A stretch of DNA of 19,202 nt from Candidatus Heimdallarchaeota archaeon. GTDB taxonomy: Archaea > Asgardarchaeota > Heimdallarchaeia > Heimdallarchaeales > Heimdallarchaeaceae. Both the position numbers and the translations under genes were made by a program. Below are positions 7,669-17,283 of the stretch, one piece after another; within the stretch, counting starts at the first letter, position 1, and every line of letters begins with the position of its first letter. The stretch is taken from NCBI GenBank assembly GCA_030668825.1, contig DAOVET010000045.1, positions 1-19,202 of the forward strand, written 5' to 3'. A model generated the notes under the pieces. It made no database searches. It worked only from the letters and a program-made list of their open reading frames with translations, and was not told the DNA's origin.

Positions 7669-8151
7669 TTATCCGCCTGGTGTTCCATGTGAAAAAGCAT
7701 CTTCCCACATGTGGTCCCATATATCTTCTTCTATGAGTGTTTCTTTTTCAACTATAGTTTTATAGATCCATTTCATTAATTCATGATGTCTAAGTTCATC
7801 CTCATAGATTGCTTTGATTACAATCTTTTCTTTGTTATCAATACAGCATAGACTATCTAGATATTCTTTGTATTTCTTTATTGCTAGAGCTTCAAGTTCC
7901 ATATGTTCGTGTATTGCATGAGCAATCTCCTCAGACACCTTCTCATCAATTGCTGGACTTGGTCCAGTTAATCTATCGAGCAAAGCTCGCAACATAGTTT
8001 CGTGTTTTTGTGAATCTAAAGCTACAGCAAGAATCATCTCCCTGATTAATGGATTTTTAAGACCTTTTACAGCTTTTTGGGCAGCTGCGATGATTTTCTT
8101 TTCAACTTCAATTTGTTCTGTAAAAAACTCAATTCTTTCTTTTTCGCTCAT
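7669..8151 (-). CDS. Ferritin-like/rubrerythrin-type four-helix bundle protein
   Basis: Twice-repeated helix pairs with carboxylate/His ligands: EQIEVE..DSQKH and EHMELE..DELRHH. GGTG SD-like motif upstream. Confidence 0.8.
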   Translation of the reverse strand: MSEKERIEFFTEQIEVEKKIIAAAQKAVKGLKNPLIREMILAVALDSQKHETMLRALLDRLTGPSPAIDEKVSEEIAHAIHEHMELEALAIKKYKEYLDSLCCIDNKEKIVIKAIYEDELRHHELMKWIYKTIVEKETLIEEDIWDHMWEDAFSHGTPGG

Positions 8152-8199
8152 TAATTACACCAATAGTTTGGATAAACTTGAAATTTCTTTAACATAACA

Positions 8200-8207
8200 T
8201 TATATAA
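8200..8207. promoter_or_regulatory. Palindromic TATA-like box TTATATAA in a divergent intergenic region
   Basis: About 50 nt upstream of the ferritin-like gene start (8151). AT-rich background limits certainty. Confidence 0.4.
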
Positions 8208-8323
8208 GTATTCACAAAAACCAATAGAAAAGAAAGATTAAGAGCTTTTTTAATATGAAGTAATGAAGAATCAGAAACAATTAAATAATATCCTTGGAAT
8301 TAAATAGTTTGGAGAAAGTTCTC

Positions 8324-9106
8324 ATGTTAAATAGAGTAAAGATTTCAGAAATTACAGTAAATCAACTGAAAACTGCAGGGATATTGTTTGTTTTAGCAGC
8401 AATAGTGATATTAATTGGTAACTTTATACCCAATCTAGTAGCTATTCTGATTTTTATCATTTTAGGTTTAATTTTGATTCTAATTAGTATAGTTTTCATT
8501 GTGTTTGTTTTAACAAAAATGTTAGAACTAAAACCAGATGCTAGCACACCTATCAATGCTGCTCGTTTCGGTTTAGTCTTCTATATGATCTTAATGTTAG
8601 TAATCAATATAGTAGTGTTTTTTGTTTATCCAGGTGTAGCTACAATTGTATTAGCGGTCATACAAGCTATAGCTCAATTAGTAGGTTTTATTGCACTTAA
8701 TATGGCATTCAAAAGTTTTAGTGAATTGCTAGCACCTTCAGACAAGATTGATTCACCAGTTTTTATTATCTACGGTATCTATGGTGTTTTAGAACTGATA
8801 ATGGCTATAATAGCTGCTTTAGTGGGAAGTTGGGGAGCAATAATTGCAGTTGCCTGGATAGATTTGATACTTTCAACTATTGTAATGCTTGGAGTAGGGA
8901 TAGTCTTAATATTAAATGCAGAAAAACTGCTGAAATCTGTAAAAGGAGCGGTGATTGCTCCAACAACAGTATCTCCAGACGTACCAAATGCAAAATACAA
9001 AACCACTCCTGAAGAACCAGAAGAAAGTATTTTCTGTTCACATTGTGGAAATAAATTATCAGTATCTGATGCTTTTTGTCCTAAATGTGGTGCAAAAATG
9101 AAGTAA
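8324..9106 (+). CDS. Six-TM membrane protein with C-terminal zinc ribbon
   Basis: About six hydrophobic segments, a Pro/Thr/Glu linker, then CSHC-x10-CPKC. ATG 8324 with GGAG at 8311 is preferred over the track's TTG at 8294. Confidence 0.8.
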   Translation: MLNRVKISEITVNQLKTAGILFVLAAIVILIGNFIPNLVAILIFIILGLILILISIVFIVFVLTKMLELKPDASTPINAARFGLVFYMILMLVINIVVFFVYPGVATIVLAVIQAIAQLVGFIALNMAFKSFSELLAPSDKIDSPVFIIYGIYGVLELIMAIIAALVGSWGAIIAVAWIDLILSTIVMLGVGIVLILNAEKLLKSVKGAVIAPTTVSPDVPNAKYKTTPEEPEESIFCSHCGNKLSVSDAFCPKCGAKMK

Positions 9107-9138
9107 TTTTTTCATTTTATTTTCTTCTTTTTTCTTTT
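9107..9138 (+). terminator. Oligo-T archaeal terminator-like tract
   Basis: Long pyrimidine/T-run tract immediately after the stop at 9106. Confidence 0.55.
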
Positions 9139-9184
9139 AAATCCGGTAGCAAATATTTTTAACAGAAATAATAATTCTTCTTGT

Positions 9185-10881
9185 ATGAGTTTAGCAGTAG
9201 ATGTTCTGTTAATTCTAATTCCTTTTGTGATAGGGATTGTTTTGCTAGTATTTTTCAAATTCAAGGCAGATACAGTAGGATCAATTCTTTTTGCTTTGAT
9301 AATTCTAATAGGAATATTCTATTTCTTCACTGATTGGAAAGTAGCACTTCTAACCTCACTTGCAGGAATAATCAAATCATTTCCTATATCACTAATGGTT
9401 CTGACTTCAATTTTGATGATTACCTACCAACAGAAAACGGGGCACTAGATAAGATAGTTGTTTCATTCAAGAAAATTGGTGGTGGAAATAAAGCTTTTCA
9501 AATAATGATGATAAATCTTGCAATAGGATGTTTTCTAGTTTCAATTGGAGCAACACCCGTCACTATGTTACCTCCAATTTTGATGGCTATGGTGTATTCT
9601 GCATTCGCTTCAGTTGCCCTTCCAGCAATAGGGTATGATCCTCTTACAACCTATGCTCTACTTGCGGTTCCAGCAGAATTTTTTGCATTCTTTATGAAAG
9701 ACACTCTTATTCTCTCTCAAATTGACCAGCTTTCTCTACTTAGCAATCACATAATTGAACCTGAACTAGTAGCGTCAGGAATTGCGTTTTCATTCTATAT
9801 GCCTTTAGTAACAATAGGAATAGCTCTGGGGATGCTATGGCTAGGAGGGGGGAGAAAACTATTATTCAGCAAGAATGGGATAATTTTTGGTTTAACAGCT
9901 GGAATAACAGCTGGTGGAACAGCTATTTTAGCTAACCTGCTTGAAATGGTAAAATTAACAGGAGTAATAGCAGGGTTAGCAACAGCTCTTGCCTTGATAT
10001 TTGTAGCTAAACTCAAGAAAATCAAGATAGTAGACGCTTCAGTGCTGACGGATGAAGAGAAAATCATCGATAGAAATATGCCTCTTTGGAAAGCTCTTTC
10101 TCCTTGGATTTTTCTAATTGTGTTTGTTTCTCTAATCAATTTCATAACTCCGCTTTATACTTTATTTAACACAAAACTTCTATTTACAATTAAAATAGGG
10201 ATGATTATCATTGACACTAAATTTCTATCTCATGCATACTTCTGGGTTCTAATTGCAACAATATGTTCTATACCTTTTCTAGGTTTTGGAAAGAAGAGTA
10301 TTAAAGAAACTCTAAAAGTATGGGGAAAACGTTCTTTGAGACCAGTTTATGCTGCAGCAATATTCTTTGGAATTGCATTCATAATTATTTATTCTGGAAC
10401 CAGTGCTAGTGGTTATAATATGATTACTGCTTTGGCTGGAGCATCTAGTTTTCTTTTTGGAAATTATTACCCTCTAATAGTTCCTTTTATTGGACTATTT
10501 GGAGGTTTCATAAGTGGTTCTGAAACTTCGGCAATAGCTATGTTTAGTAAATACCATGAAACCACGGCATCAGCTCTTGGATTGAATGCAGTTGCAGTAG
10601 GAACAGCTAATGGTGTAGGGGGAGGGCTTGCATCAGTGCTATCTCCAGCGAAAATACAGAACGCAGCAGCTGTAATTGATAAAGTTGGTATTGAAGGAGA
10701 AGTGATTAAAAAAGCTGCTCCTGTTGCATTTCTAATGACACTTTCAGTTTCAGCTGTTTGTTTATGTTGGGCTAATGGTTATAACTGGTGGCAATGGGTA
10801 ATAGTTTTTGGAATATTTATGACAATTATAGCAATTATTGGAACGCTGCTTTACTTCCGTAAGAGTAGAGAAGAAAGTTAA
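9185..10881 (+). pseudogene. lctP: L-lactate permease (LctP family) interrupted by a single-base frameshift; real lesion or sequencing error
   Basis: ORF 9185-9448 (..ITYQQKTGH*) and ORF 9334-10881 (..GALDKIV..) join at GGGG 9439-9442. One extra G gives a continuous 565-aa protein. LctP-like motifs: PFIGLFGGFISGSETSAIAMF, ANGVGGGLASVLSPAKIQNAAA. Confidence 0.85.
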
Positions 10882-11048
10882 GCACCTACGATTAACTGAT
10901 GCAATAACTTAATTATAAAAAGCAGTAACAGAACAACTCCTACACTTAAAAAAAGATATCCTAAAATAATAGCGGCACCTAAAGCTCCTCCTCCAAGAAT
11001 ATCAACAATTTTATGAATCAATTTTACTTCAGAAGTTTCTTCCATCAT
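10878..11048 (-). CDS. Small membrane protein (56 aa), absent from the ORF track
   Basis: Manual translation MMEETSEVKLIHKIVDILGGGALGAAIILGYLFLSVGVVLLLLFIIKLLHQLIVGA*. Long hydrophobic stretch. Its stop overlaps the convergent lctP stop (TTAA). Confidence 0.6.
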   Translation of the reverse strand: MMEETSEVKLIHKIVDILGGGALGAAIILGYLFLSVGVVLLLLFIIKLLHQLIVGA

Positions 11049-11279
11049 GCTCTAAAAGAAATCGTGTATTTTAAACTTTTCTCAGAATTATTTGTAATTT
11101 CTATCTAGAAAACAACTTATTTAACTCAAAATTAGTAAATATACAATACATCTAAAAAATCAGAATTAGCAACACAAATAACTACTAAAGATCTGGCAGT
11201 ACTCTTAAAAAGATTAACAAACGTGATTGGGAGTCTTTCCTAAATGAAAAAATAGACAGAATCCCATCTCTATAGATAG

Positions 11280-14078
11280 TTAGGAGAAAAAGCACATCTT
11301 TATCTCATAAGGTTTGAAACTCATATCAAGCTGATTATCTTTAATTGTATCTTCTTTTATGACTTTACCATCTATTTTGAGCTGCTCACACTTTGTGAAT
11401 CTAGAATTTACTTGAAAAGTTGATGATTCACTTTCTGAGTTTAAATTGTATAAAGTAATGCACAGCTTATCATATCTTTTCCGCAAAGAAGAGATTCTAA
11501 TCCATGGATTAACAACATGTAAAATTGATTCAGATATTTGATTCTGAAGATCCACGTTCCTAATTAAGATAGACTTAGGTTTTAAGCAGAATGATTCAGA
11601 ATGATTATCACTTTCATACATAGGATCTTCTCTAGAATGAATAACAAAACCATATTCAAATGTATATTTTTCACCAATTTCTTGAGCTCCAGGAGTCTCT
11701 AAAAATGGTCCTGCATGCATTGGTCTTTCATCATAATCTGCTCTGGAAAGAAACCCTACACATCTTAAAAGTGTTAATGCAACTCTGGAATTATTAGCTA
11801 GTTCTACTTCTGGTAATCCTTTATTCATTAGTGAGAAAGCTAAATCTGAACCGTTGTCTTCTATTCTAATAAATCTCTTCTGAGCTTGAATACCAGAAGG
11901 TTGCTCTTCATAACTATCATAACTAATTGGATCACTTATACGTTTTACAACTCCAAAATGTGTTGAAGTAAGTGTTTCCAAAGATGAATAAGGTAAGTCA
12001 AAACAAATTCTTAAACGATGATCTTTTGCGTAATTGGTCAAAGTTGTTTGTATATCTATTCTTGGGATATCTCTGAAAAATCGAAAAACTGTTTTAACTG
12101 TAATAGTAACATTACCTACCCTTTTATCTCGATTCTCATTTAAATGTTCAAAAAGTTCTAGGGTCATATCCTGTTCAATTTCGCTGAATAGAGGTCCTTT
12201 GACAGTTAGTTTTCTTTTCACTTTCTTTATTTTAACAATTTCTGGACCTATTCTTCCGAATGTATATTCATCTCCCTTATCACCATAATCTTCAAATTTA
12301 TGAAGCTGAGCAAATTCTGTATTTGTTCTTTTGTCTAGATAATTAAAAGTCCCATCTGAATTAAACTTAAGTTCATAAAAATTTGTTGAAATCTTGTTTT
12401 TTGATGATAAAAATATTGAATCATCTTTAGTATAATCCATTTTCTCCAGAAGTTTAAATTCGTTGAAATTCCAGCCTTTGAGAGGTGCTAGAACACCATA
12501 GGTTTGTTTTGTCCCTAATGTCGCTTTAACGTGATATTTCTTGTATTTCTTACTGTTTAACAATTCAGCTGCTTGCTTCTTAAATTCATCCACGTCGAAA
12601 TCTCCAAGAGGAGCTTTTCCACATAAAAGAGTGACATCATATATCTCAGGATTAATGTTATCAGAGAGATATACCTCGTTAAGGTAATAATCTAGAATCT
12701 TTCTACCAGGTAACAATCTGAAACCTGCTCTTAACGCAAGAGGAGAGAAGGTGTTCTCAAACAAAATTTCCTCAGAGGAACTTAAAGATTGAACCATATA
12801 ATTGTTACCTAAACTATCCTGTAATCCTACTATTGGTTGTTTTGCAGGGGCAGAGAAATCAAAGAAAGATAGATTGTCAGAATTATTAGTTGGATTAAAA
12901 ACATATAGTTTTGTTTCATCTTCTTTAATTTCAAGCTTATCTAGCTCTTCCTTTAACTCATTTAACTGAGATTCTGCTATACTTTCAGCCCAATAAAACC
13001 TTGATTTCATTTCTTCATGTGTCTGATCTATTGAACAACCGCAAATACCATCATGAGTTTGGTTTTTCAATAACCATTTCCATGCTAGATACAGATAGGA
13101 TGTTGGATAATCATAGTTGTTGAATAACCAAAAAAAAGTGATTAAAGGTTCCACATAGTGAACAAGTAAATCTTCTATTTTCTGGTTCCACTGTTTTATC
13201 CACATCCTCATAGAATAGGTATCTTGAAGGAGATGAGTCCTTACAGATGAGCGAAATTCACCTGAATATTCAGGTAATAAATAACTTGTTTTTTGAAGTG
13301 AATCTTGCAACTCTGTAACATAATTATCTAACAAACTGAGGTTGATTTCGGTGTTTTCAATATCTACAAGTTTTGTTAAGATATTCATATTTGGATTAGG
13401 AAACTGATGATCAGTTCCATACATAAGAAGATACAAAGGAACAGGGGAAAATTGCTTTAATTGTTTTATTTTGTCCACAATTGAATCTTTTAAATCAGTT
13501 TCATTATCAGGTAAGTCTGCAGCATTACCATAACCTTTTGGCATGTACACTCCAAGAATTGAATCGTGAGAGTGATAATCACTTTTCCATTTGAAGGGAA
13601 CAGTAATTATTTCAGGACCAACTCCCCTCCAGATAACAGCTGCTTTGAACGAAGTAAGATTTGAAAGGATTTGAGGAATGGCTCTTGTATGTCCAAATTG
13701 GTCTGGAAGATATCCAATCTGCATTAAAGGAATATTTAATTCCTTAGCTAAATCAATACTTGTTTCTAAATTACGTATGAAACTTTCTTGCCCTATCAAC
13801 CACTCGTCAGGAAGTAAATACCATGGACCAAGAGCAATTTTACCTTCTCTAATTAAGGCTAGAAGTTCATCTTTTTTCTCAGGACGAATTTCAAAATAGT
13901 CTTCTAAAACTACCGTTTGACCATCAAGCATGAAAAAATAATCTTTCTTCTTTGTAGTTTCGAGTAACTCATCGATTAGTTTCACTAGCTTAACTCTGAA
14001 ATTTTGAAATGGGAGATACCATTCACGATCCCAGTGTGTATGAGGAACAATAAAAACTTCACTTTTCTCTTTTTTCAT
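11280..14078 (-). CDS. Glycoside hydrolase family 38 alpha-mannosidase (MngB-like)
   Basis: Zn-binding HTHWDREWY, FMLDGQ, GPWYLLPDEWL, nucleophile motif YLPDQFGH, GTDH and NQTHDGICGCSID. No signal peptide evident. Confidence 0.93.
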   Translation of the reverse strand: MKKEKSEVFIVPHTHWDREWYLPFQNFRVKLVKLIDELLETTKKKDYFFMLDGQTVVLEDYFEIRPEKKDELLALIREGKIALGPWYLLPDEWLIGQESFIRNLETSIDLAKELNIPLMQIGYLPDQFGHTRAIPQILSNLTSFKAAVIWRGVGPEIITVPFKWKSDYHSHDSILGVYMPKGYGNAADLPDNETDLKDSIVDKIKQLKQFSPVPLYLLMYGTDHQFPNPNMNILTKLVDIENTEINLSLLDNYVTELQDSLQKTSYLLPEYSGEFRSSVRTHLLQDTYSMRMWIKQWNQKIEDLLVHYVEPLITFFWLFNNYDYPTSYLYLAWKWLLKNQTHDGICGCSIDQTHEEMKSRFYWAESIAESQLNELKEELDKLEIKEDETKLYVFNPTNNSDNLSFFDFSAPAKQPIVGLQDSLGNNYMVQSLSSSEEILFENTFSPLALRAGFRLLPGRKILDYYLNEVYLSDNINPEIYDVTLLCGKAPLGDFDVDEFKKQAAELLNSKKYKKYHVKATLGTKQTYGVLAPLKGWNFNEFKLLEKMDYTKDDSIFLSSKNKISTNFYELKFNSDGTFNYLDKRTNTEFAQLHKFEDYGDKGDEYTFGRIGPEIVKIKKVKRKLTVKGPLFSEIEQDMTLELFEHLNENRDKRVGNVTITVKTVFRFFRDIPRIDIQTTLTNYAKDHRLRICFDLPYSSLETLTSTHFGVVKRISDPISYDSYEEQPSGIQAQKRFIRIEDNGSDLAFSLMNKGLPEVELANNSRVALTLLRCVGFLSRADYDERPMHAGPFLETPGAQEIGEKYTFEYGFVIHSREDPMYESDNHSESFCLKPKSILIRNVDLQNQISESILHVVNPWIRISSLRKRYDKLCITLYNLNSESESSTFQVNSRFTKCEQLKIDGKVIKEDTIKDNQLDMSFKPYEIKMCFFS

Positions 14079-14177
14079 CCCAATTACCTAACTTCTAAAG
14101 TTGATTATATGTATCAGTATATCTTTTTTTTGCTGACTCTACCAAATCCTGAAAGAAATTAAAAAGAGAGAAACTTT

Positions 14178-14858
14178 TTATTGATTGAGAAGTTCTTTAG
14201 CACTTTCAATGAGTTTTTTTGCTGAAGCTGGACCTATACCTTTTATTGGTGTAAGTTCTTCTACTTTTGCAAGTGCCAGTTGACTCGCATCCTTGAAACC
14301 TGCTTTCCTTAGTTCTACAGCTTTTTGTCCAACTCCTTTCACTTTCTCAATTGGAAAACTTGCAATTTTAGCTTTTGCTTTGTCTTTTTTCACTGGAACT
14401 GTTTTAATTTTGGAATATTCAATAATTCCTTTTATTCTTCCTAAATGTTCAATTCTAATACTCTTATTCTTCTTACTGAGATCTGTAATGGTTTTTAGAA
14501 TATCTTCACTTCGATTAATCATTTGAACAAATTCTTTTTGTTCTTTATTTGAAGCATCATAAAGCAGTCCTAACCCATTAATTGCATCTAAAAATGTGAT
14601 AGTTGAATCAATAACAAGAAGTGGATGAGAAATTGCCATACTTTTTCTAAAGGCTGTTTTAGCAAGAAGAAAACTTTTTTCATAATCTCCTACCTTAATC
14701 ATGATCTGACAATTTAGCAACATAGCAGCTAGTTTTTCAATATCATTTAGTTCAACACCTTTTTCCAACAAATTAAGCTGATTCATTGCTTCAATATGAT
14801 CCCCTTTCTCAAGCAAATCCTCCGCTTGTCTCAATCCATCAAGATATACTCCAAACAT
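14178..14858 (-). CDS. TPR-like helical protein fused to a C-terminal tandem helix-hairpin-helix domain
   Basis: N-terminal helical repeats (AEDLLEKGDHIEAMNQL; IKVGDYEKSFLLAKTAF), a Lys-rich linker, and HhH motifs VKGVGQK and IKGIGPASAKKLIESA. ATG 14858 with upstream GGTGG is preferred over the track's start at 14900. Confidence 0.75.
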   Translation of the reverse strand: MFGVYLDGLRQAEDLLEKGDHIEAMNQLNLLEKGVELNDIEKLAAMLLNCQIMIKVGDYEKSFLLAKTAFRKSMAISHPLLVIDSTITFLDAINGLGLLYDASNKEQKEFVQMINRSEDILKTITDLSKKNKSIRIEHLGRIKGIIEYSKIKTVPVKKDKAKAKIASFPIEKVKGVGQKAVELRKAGFKDASQLALAKVEELTPIKGIGPASAKKLIESAKELLNQ

Positions 14859-15048
14859 AATCAATCGCCACCAATAGAGAAATATGACTTTCTTTACCAA
14901 GAATGTTATGGTAATGTAAGTTTTAATGACTAATAAATTTTCTTGAAGTATTACTTGAGTTCAATGACTATTTTATATTAGAAGGAATATTTCTTCAAAA
15001 TTTCACGATCACTTTACTTACTATTTATTGAAGTCTAGATTATGAGTT

Positions 15049-15073
15049 GAAAAAGAAGAAAAAGAAAGAAAAA
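15049..15073 (-). terminator. Oligo-T terminator-like tract after the truncated MMPL ORF
   Basis: Plus-strand A-rich run (aaaaagaagaaaaagaaagaaaaa) gives a T-tract on the minus strand, about 14 nt after the stop at 15087. Confidence 0.45.
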
Positions 15074-15086
15074 TCTCTATTCAATA

Positions 15087-15278
15087 TCATTGATATCCTT
15101 TGAGAATAGTATTTGCTATGAAGGATGGAGTATCTTCTGGGACATTAAAATCAGAACTAGTCTCAGAAATAAATTTTGGAGCTAGCCAAACACTGAAGCC
15201 AATAATCATAACCCAAGCAATAATAATAAATAATTTGTATTTCTTAAGGAAGTTAGAATATTTTTCAACGAATTTCAT
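15087..15278 (-). pseudogene. N-terminal fragment of an MMPL/RND-family transporter (63 aa)
   Basis: KKYKLFIIIAWVMII (TM1) followed by SDFNVPEDTPSFIANTIL matches the start of MMPL proteins, which are normally several hundred residues. It ends in TGA-TAT-TGA, and the next gene starts about 230 nt later. Confidence 0.65.
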
Positions 15279-15536
15279 ATGAACCCCATGTCAAATTACA
15301 ATATTTCTTGATAAAAGCCGTTTTAAGACTTCTTATCCTTCTAAAGGAAAAGGAATGTTTTATGAACAAACTTATAAAATGAAGAACCCCAAAACGAATT
15401 TTTAAAAGATTTTTTAGTAAATCTTACTTTTATTAAAACAATCATTGTTAATAGAATGATTTATAAGAATTTCAAATTTTGAATAACTATAAACTTAATC
15501 AACTTTAAATTGGGATGAAACTAAAAGGTTTTGAAG

Positions 15537-17171
15537 ATGGCTCTAAAAGAGAAAACACCTATAAAACGGTACTCAAATTATGTTATTTTTGGTTCAGTTA
15601 TGTTTCTGCTCATGGGTTTTATTAACCTTGCTGATCAATTAGTATGGTTTCTATCAGCTCGAAATCAAATCATAGGTTATATTTTAATCAGCTTAACTTG
15701 CGTGAGTTTACTCCCAATTGCTTGGGGATTAAGAGAGGTAACAGATATTTACTTCGTTGATCATATAACAAAAGCTGGACAACAAACAGCTACATGGATT
15801 TTCTTTTATGCAGGTTCAATTTTATTTGATATGCTCACATTTGGTTTTCCAATATCTGCAGGTTTTGTAGGATTAGCTCTTATATTCGGTAGAGTAATTG
15901 CTTATCTAAAAATAAACAAGCTTTTTGTAAAAATTAATCGCATATTTGGTCTAAAAATCGGAAGTTTTTTCTATATTCTTTTTGCTTACTTTGCGATTAT
16001 AATTTCAGTGCTTGGTGCATTATCTAGCTATGCAAGTGATGTAACCTTCCAGGGTTTTTTGAGATTTTTTGATGGTTCTATTGAATCTCTTCTAATGGTA
16101 ATTGTAGGAGTAAGGCTAATAATAGATATTACAAGAATCAAAAAATTTGTGGAAACTTCTAATATTCAACCATATTCGGCAAAGAAAGCATTTTTAACAA
16201 GAGATAGATTTGAAACACCTGTTTTGCAAACAACTAAAACACATTTTCAATCTACTTCCCAAATTAAACGATTACAGGAGAAAACTCAAGCTAGAACAGC
16301 AAGAATAGAAAAGATGAAATCTAAAGCTAGACCTGCTAAAGTTGCTCAAACTTCTAAACCGGACAAACATAAAAAGGAAACAAAAACTGTTTTTACTACA
16401 TGTCCTTATTGTCAAGAAAGGACTGACAGATATCTTGACCACTGCATAAATTGTGGAGAAAAACTACCTGAACTCTCAAAAAGAAAGAGTGGGTCTCAAA
16501 AGGAAACTACAGCTCTTTCTACTAAAAGAATTTTATCTCCAAAGAAAGAGAAAATATTTCAACAAGTAGCCATCGCTATATTCCTAATAGCTTTCGTTAC
16601 ATATGCATTTGTTTCACGTGAGTTTACACTTATTATCTACGCTTCGGTTATAATAGCGCTCTTTGCAACTTACTTAATAGTAAATTATCTTATTCTATTC
16701 TTAGCGGGTGGAGGATTTGCTATATCTACACTTCTAAGTGATATAGCTTTCATGTTAGTTATTATACCAATTTTGTCTACTATCTTGTCATACTTTGTAG
16801 TAAAAGGCATCGAACAAGTCACAGAAAATAATATCCCATTTCAGGTAATCCAGGCAATCCTCTGGGTATTAAGTATCTCTATTTCTCTATTAGCAATTAC
16901 ACTAGTTTTCAGATTTAAGGTCAAAGCTACTAATATGAATATTCGAGAGTACATCAAATACAGACTTGATTTTAAAACAAGAGCTGAGGAACTGAAGGAA
17001 GAGAAACAGAGAGTAGAGAAAAAAAGAGCAGACTTCGACAGTCTTGACAGAATAGAAGCACATATGGCTAAACAGAGACAGGATAAAGTTATGGATTACG
17101 AGGATTTTGACTTCAAACAGAGATTGAAAGATTTAGGAAGTCCATTAACAAATGATGATAAAGAAGAGTAG
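15537..17171 (+). CDS. Multi-pass membrane protein: 6 TM + basic linker + zinc ribbon + about 4 TM + charged C-terminal tail
   Basis: Hydrophobic N- and C-terminal blocks, central CPYC-x10-CINC, and coiled-coil-like RAEELKEEKQRVEKKR. ATG 15537 is preferred over TTG 15531. Confidence 0.8.
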   Translation: MALKEKTPIKRYSNYVIFGSVMFLLMGFINLADQLVWFLSARNQIIGYILISLTCVSLLPIAWGLREVTDIYFVDHITKAGQQTATWIFFYAGSILFDMLTFGFPISAGFVGLALIFGRVIAYLKINKLFVKINRIFGLKIGSFFYILFAYFAIIISVLGALSSYASDVTFQGFLRFFDGSIESLLMVIVGVRLIIDITRIKKFVETSNIQPYSAKKAFLTRDRFETPVLQTTKTHFQSTSQIKRLQEKTQARTARIEKMKSKARPAKVAQTSKPDKHKKETKTVFTTCPYCQERTDRYLDHCINCGEKLPELSKRKSGSQKETTALSTKRILSPKKEKIFQQVAIAIFLIAFVTYAFVSREFTLIIYASVIIALFATYLIVNYLILFLAGGGFAISTLLSDIAFMLVIIPILSTILSYFVVKGIEQVTENNIPFQVIQAILWVLSISISLLAITLVFRFKVKATNMNIREYIKYRLDFKTRAEELKEEKQRVEKKRADFDSLDRIEAHMAKQRQDKVMDYEDFDFKQRLKDLGSPLTNDDKEE

Positions 17172-17283
17172 GAAATATCTAGATTGTCTTCGCATTCAGT
17201 TTTGATAATTTAGACTCAAAAAATACTAACTGACCCATGACAAAAGAGTTTTATTATACATAGGTATTTTTACCTCAATCAAA

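Noticed and set aside
7669-7680. C-terminal Gly-Gly as a sign of a ubiquitin-like modifier
   Set aside because: The protein is a helical ferritin-like fold, not beta-grasp, and no E1/E2/JAB genes are in the window.
8175-8182. AACTTGAA half-site upstream of the ferritin-like gene as a second operator
   Set aside because: The matching other arm is absent, and an 8-mer in AT-rich DNA is expected by chance.
9334-9438. N-terminus of the 515-aa ORF as a real protein start
   Set aside because: It is out-of-frame sequence upstream of the frameshift. The permease N-terminus is encoded from 9185.
9185-14078. lctP plus GH38 as a mannosylglycerate utilisation unit
   Set aside because: The genes are convergent and separated by another ORF. 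No kinase or sugar transporter is nearby, and substrate specificity cannot be read from the sequence.
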